From Acidobacteriota bacterium (lineage in GTDB: Bacteria; Zixibacteria; MSB-5A5; GN15; FEB-12): a stretch of 64,000 nucleotides of DNA. Numbering within the stretch: position 1 is the first letter of the stretch; each line of letters starts with the position of its first letter. Below, piece after piece: positions 61,559 to 64,000 of this stretch. The translations under genes were made by a program, and so were the position numbers. The stretch spans positions 76,264-140,263 of the forward strand of contig DATKXK010000014.1 of assembly GCA_035529075.1 (NCBI GenBank). The letters run 5' to 3'. Under the pieces are notes generated by a model. The model saw nothing but the letters and a program-made list of their open reading frames with translations. It did not search any database and had not been told where the DNA came from.

Positions 61559-63841
61559 ATGACTATGAATTTTCGCAAAGCGGCGGTGGCCGCCCTGCTT
61601 GGTATCACAATCTTGGCGATGCTCTCTCTCTATGTGCCGGGGTGTACCGATCGTCTCAGCGGCGAAAAGACCCCGAATCAGGCGCCCGTCGTCTGGTTTG
61701 TCAACGTCCCGCCCGAGGACAGCCGGACCAGCACTAACCCGATCATTAACTGGGTTGGACAGGATATCGACGGCCAGGTGGTGATGTTTCGCTACGTCGT
61801 GTTCACCGAGCAGGAAATAATCGATACCTACTACGACGGTATTCCGCCGGTGCTCCCGCTCGACAGTGCCAGTGTCCAGCCGTTCGTCGACGAAGCCCTG
61901 ATGAAGCTCGAGGATATCGGGTGCGACACCGTGTATGAGGAAACGGCCGGGGGTATCGACACGGTTATCGACTGCGATACGACCGAGATCTGGACCTATC
62001 TGGAGGTTGACCCGCAGGCCGGCGATCCCAAGACGAGCAATATCATTCCGATGTCGGCGGAAGTCTCGGACCCCGTCCGGGTTCTCATCAGGCAGTACAT
62101 TTTCGTGCAGGCTTTCGATGAGCAGGGATTGGGCTCGGAGATTATCTTCCGTGCCTTCGACCGTAACGACAACCCGCCTGACACCCGCATCATCGGCTTC
62201 CTCGGCGGACCGTTTATCAACGCCGAATCGTCCGGCGGTTCCGTGACCGGTGTCCACATGCGGTGGCAGGGTTCCGATATCGTCGATTTCCCGACTGATC
62301 CGCCTCCCTTCGAATTCGAGTGGCGCCTGTATGGCCCCTACCTGTCCGACACTATCAACGACAGCACCTGGGAGGAGATTCAACTGCGGTTTGTCAGGAC
62401 AGTCTTCGTCACGAGGGACGCCCGCTTGTTCAGGTACGGGGAGAATGATACGCTGGTCACCTGCGATACCTCCTGGGTGCCGTACCTTGATACGGTCATC
62501 GAGGTCATTGAATGTGACAGCATCCCGATCGACACTATTACCGTGTCCAACGTCCTGGGCTACATAGATACGATCTATGATGTCGCAGATCCGGACTTTG
62601 CCGCTGACCCGCTGTTTGACCGCGTCGCGGCGCAGTCATATGATACTACGGACAGGGACGAGTGGATCAGCAACCTGCGCGACTCCGTCTATGATGTGTT
62701 TGCAGCCGAACCCTCGGATACGACCCAGGAGCAGTACTTCATTTTCTGGGTCCGTAGCCGCGACGATGCCAAAGTTCCGGACATGACACCGGCTTTCGAG
62801 ACGTTCAGCGTTATCGATCCGCACTACGAGCGCGATATCGGCATTCTGGACGTGCAGTTCAGTTTCTTCATAAACGCCGGGATCAGAGACTCGGCCCGGG
62901 CTTACTGGGTGCGGGCCATTGATGGCTGGGAAAACAGCGCGGGGACAGCCGGCAATTCGGGCGCTTACGACGACGCTACCGACTACATGATAGTAAACGT
63001 GGCGCAGGGAATCGGTGTCTCTTTACGCCAGATGCTCGCCCACAAGATCCTGATTTTAGTTAATGACAACTCCTATCCCGGAGCGATGGCCAACCCTGAC
63101 TTTAGTGATGATATCTTCACGGCCATAGATGCCGGCGTCAACGTATGGATGTGCGGCAGGGCACAGTTCTTCGGTGGCGAGGCCAGCGGGCCGAATTTCG
63201 AACCGATGGGCGGTGCGCCGGCGGGACTGGCGCTCAACATTCTGTTCTACTTCGGGATCGAGCAGTTTGCGTATTCCGGGTGGGAATGGCACATCCTGGG
63301 CCGGCCCTTGCCTCTGCCGCCGGTCCGGATAGAGGACTTCGTGGGCGCGCTCAGCCTGGAGAAGGACATCTTCCCCAATCTCACGGTCGACACCGCACAG
63401 TTGCACCAAAGGTACCTGTGGAAGGATCACTACCCGTGGAATTCTGATATAGCCGCCCTTCCGGAGGTGGACTGGTTCATCAGGACACCGGGATCGCTGG
63501 CTATGTACCTGTACAAGTCAAAGTACGGCTCCAAGCATTTCCTGAACGATCCCAACTTCGACTTCCAGGGCAAGCCGGTGGCGCATCGCCTGAACCGTGG
63601 TCTCTTCAGGACCGTATACTTCATGTTCACGCCGTACGCCCTGGCGGACTCGAGCATGCAGGTGACGATCGACGCCGTTCTGGACTGGCTGTACGAGAGG
63701 TATGCCACGACACCGCCTGCTGCGCCGAGGTACCTGGACGCCGGCATGCCGACCACGGTGCAGGAGGTTCGGCAGCGGTACTGGGAGCGTATGGAACGCA
63801 AGGCGCTGCAGGACCCCAAATTGGCCGAGACGTTCCGGTAA
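61559..63841 (+). CDS. Family D protein (D2), probable lipoprotein; function unknown
   Basis: The signal peptide ends in the lipobox-like LYVPG-C (Cys codon 61643-61645). Paralogue of D1, with an extra N-terminal region of roughly 200 aa and no dockerin-like module. Confidence 0.8.
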   Translation: MTMNFRKAAVAALLGITILAMLSLYVPGCTDRLSGEKTPNQAPVVWFVNVPPEDSRTSTNPIINWVGQDIDGQVVMFRYVVFTEQEIIDTYYDGIPPVLPLDSASVQPFVDEALMKLEDIGCDTVYEETAGGIDTVIDCDTTEIWTYLEVDPQAGDPKTSNIIPMSAEVSDPVRVLIRQYIFVQAFDEQGLGSEIIFRAFDRNDNPPDTRIIGFLGGPFINAESSGGSVTGVHMRWQGSDIVDFPTDPPPFEFEWRLYGPYLSDTINDSTWEEIQLRFVRTVFVTRDARLFRYGENDTLVTCDTSWVPYLDTVIEVIECDSIPIDTITVSNVLGYIDTIYDVADPDFAADPLFDRVAAQSYDTTDRDEWISNLRDSVYDVFAAEPSDTTQEQYFIFWVRSRDDAKVPDMTPAFETFSVIDPHYERDIGILDVQFSFFINAGIRDSARAYWVRAIDGWENSAGTAGNSGAYDDATDYMIVNVAQGIGVSLRQMLAHKILILVNDNSYPGAMANPDFSDDIFTAIDAGVNVWMCGRAQFFGGEASGPNFEPMGGAPAGLALNILFYFGIEQFAYSGWEWHILGRPLPLPPVRIEDFVGALSLEKDIFPNLTVDTAQLHQRYLWKDHYPWNSDIAALPEVDWFIRTPGSLAMYLYKSKYGSKHFLNDPNFDFQGKPVAHRLNRGLFRTVYFMFTPYALADSSMQVTIDAVLDWLYERYATTPPAAPRYLDAGMPTTVQEVRQRYWERMERKALQDPKLAETFR

Positions 63842-63890
63842 CCGGGGACTGAAGCCGGCTTGAGCTCTGACGACCGGCTTACGATATCAG

Positions 63891-63925
63891 GGCGGGATTG
63901 CTCCGGCGATCCCGCCTTTCTTATT
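63891..63925. terminator. Hairpin plus T-rich tract after locus 3
   Basis: GGCGGGAT (63891-98) and ATCCCGCC (63909-16), followed by TTTCTTATT. Confidence 0.55.
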
Positions 63926-64000
63926 GGAGGTGGTCGCGGATCTCGCGCAAGGCGGAATGGTTCGGGAAACGGACCAGTGCCACCTGGAGAACGGAGTCAG
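63921..64000 (-). CDS. Possible 3' end of a minus-strand gene running into the window edge
   Basis: The reverse strand reads ...DSVLQVALVRFPNHSALREIRDHLQ-stop (TAA is the complement of 63921-63923). It is too short to identify. Confidence 0.25.
   Translation of the reverse strand, partial: DSVLQVALVRFPNHSALREIRDHLQ

Noticed and set aside
1-64000. Scanned for CRISPR arrays, IS elements, rRNA, toxin-antitoxin pairs and known defence-system genes
   Set aside because: No regularly spaced direct repeats, transposase or integrase motifs or rRNA-like sequence were noticed. RmuC and PhoH are present but sit in ordinary housekeeping contexts.

Overview
GC-rich bacterial chromosomal fragment. I saw no rRNA, CRISPR array, transposase, integrase or phage genes. 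The gene content suggests an uncultivated diderm, possibly FCB-group-like. This placement is inferred only from PorV-like genes, a T9SS-type C-terminal tail and CarboxypepD_reg/TonB-type barrels. I can support about 50 CDS, two tRNAs (Leu-GAG, Ala-CGC) and a long, Alu-domain-bearing SRP RNA. Housekeeping blocks are rodA (partial), gap-pgk-tpiA-secG-tRNA-Leu, nrdJ, pyrE, rmuC, sthA, dnaX-ybaB-recR (minus strand) and aspS-phoH-pgpH-ybeY-corC. Signalling genes are a five-gene minus-strand operon (binding protein, HAMP kinase, two receiver-only regulators, hybrid receiver-kinase) and a 978-aa TPR-GAF sigma-54 activator. The most interesting signal is a recurrent outer-membrane cassette built from four protein families. 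A is a CarboxypepD_reg + plug + TonB-type barrel. B is an 800-910 aa secreted protein. C is a PorV-like barrel. D is a roughly 700-760 aa secreted protein. It occurs as three partial copies: D1-B1 (6981-11464), A1-B2-C1 (22897-29305) and A2-C2-D2 (57144-63841). Paralogues differ mainly in their terminal anchoring modules: a Cys-flanked dockerin-like pair, a T9SS-CTD-like tail, or a lipobox. A2 also carries an inserted array of nine Ca-loop-like repeats, and loci 1 and 3 share collinear motifs in long 5' leaders. Other notable items are an A10 slippery run in dnaX with stops close by in both alternative frames, three tandem small beta-barrel paralogues, and several atypical regulatory regions. 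All homology calls were made by eye from motifs; no searches or alignments were computed.
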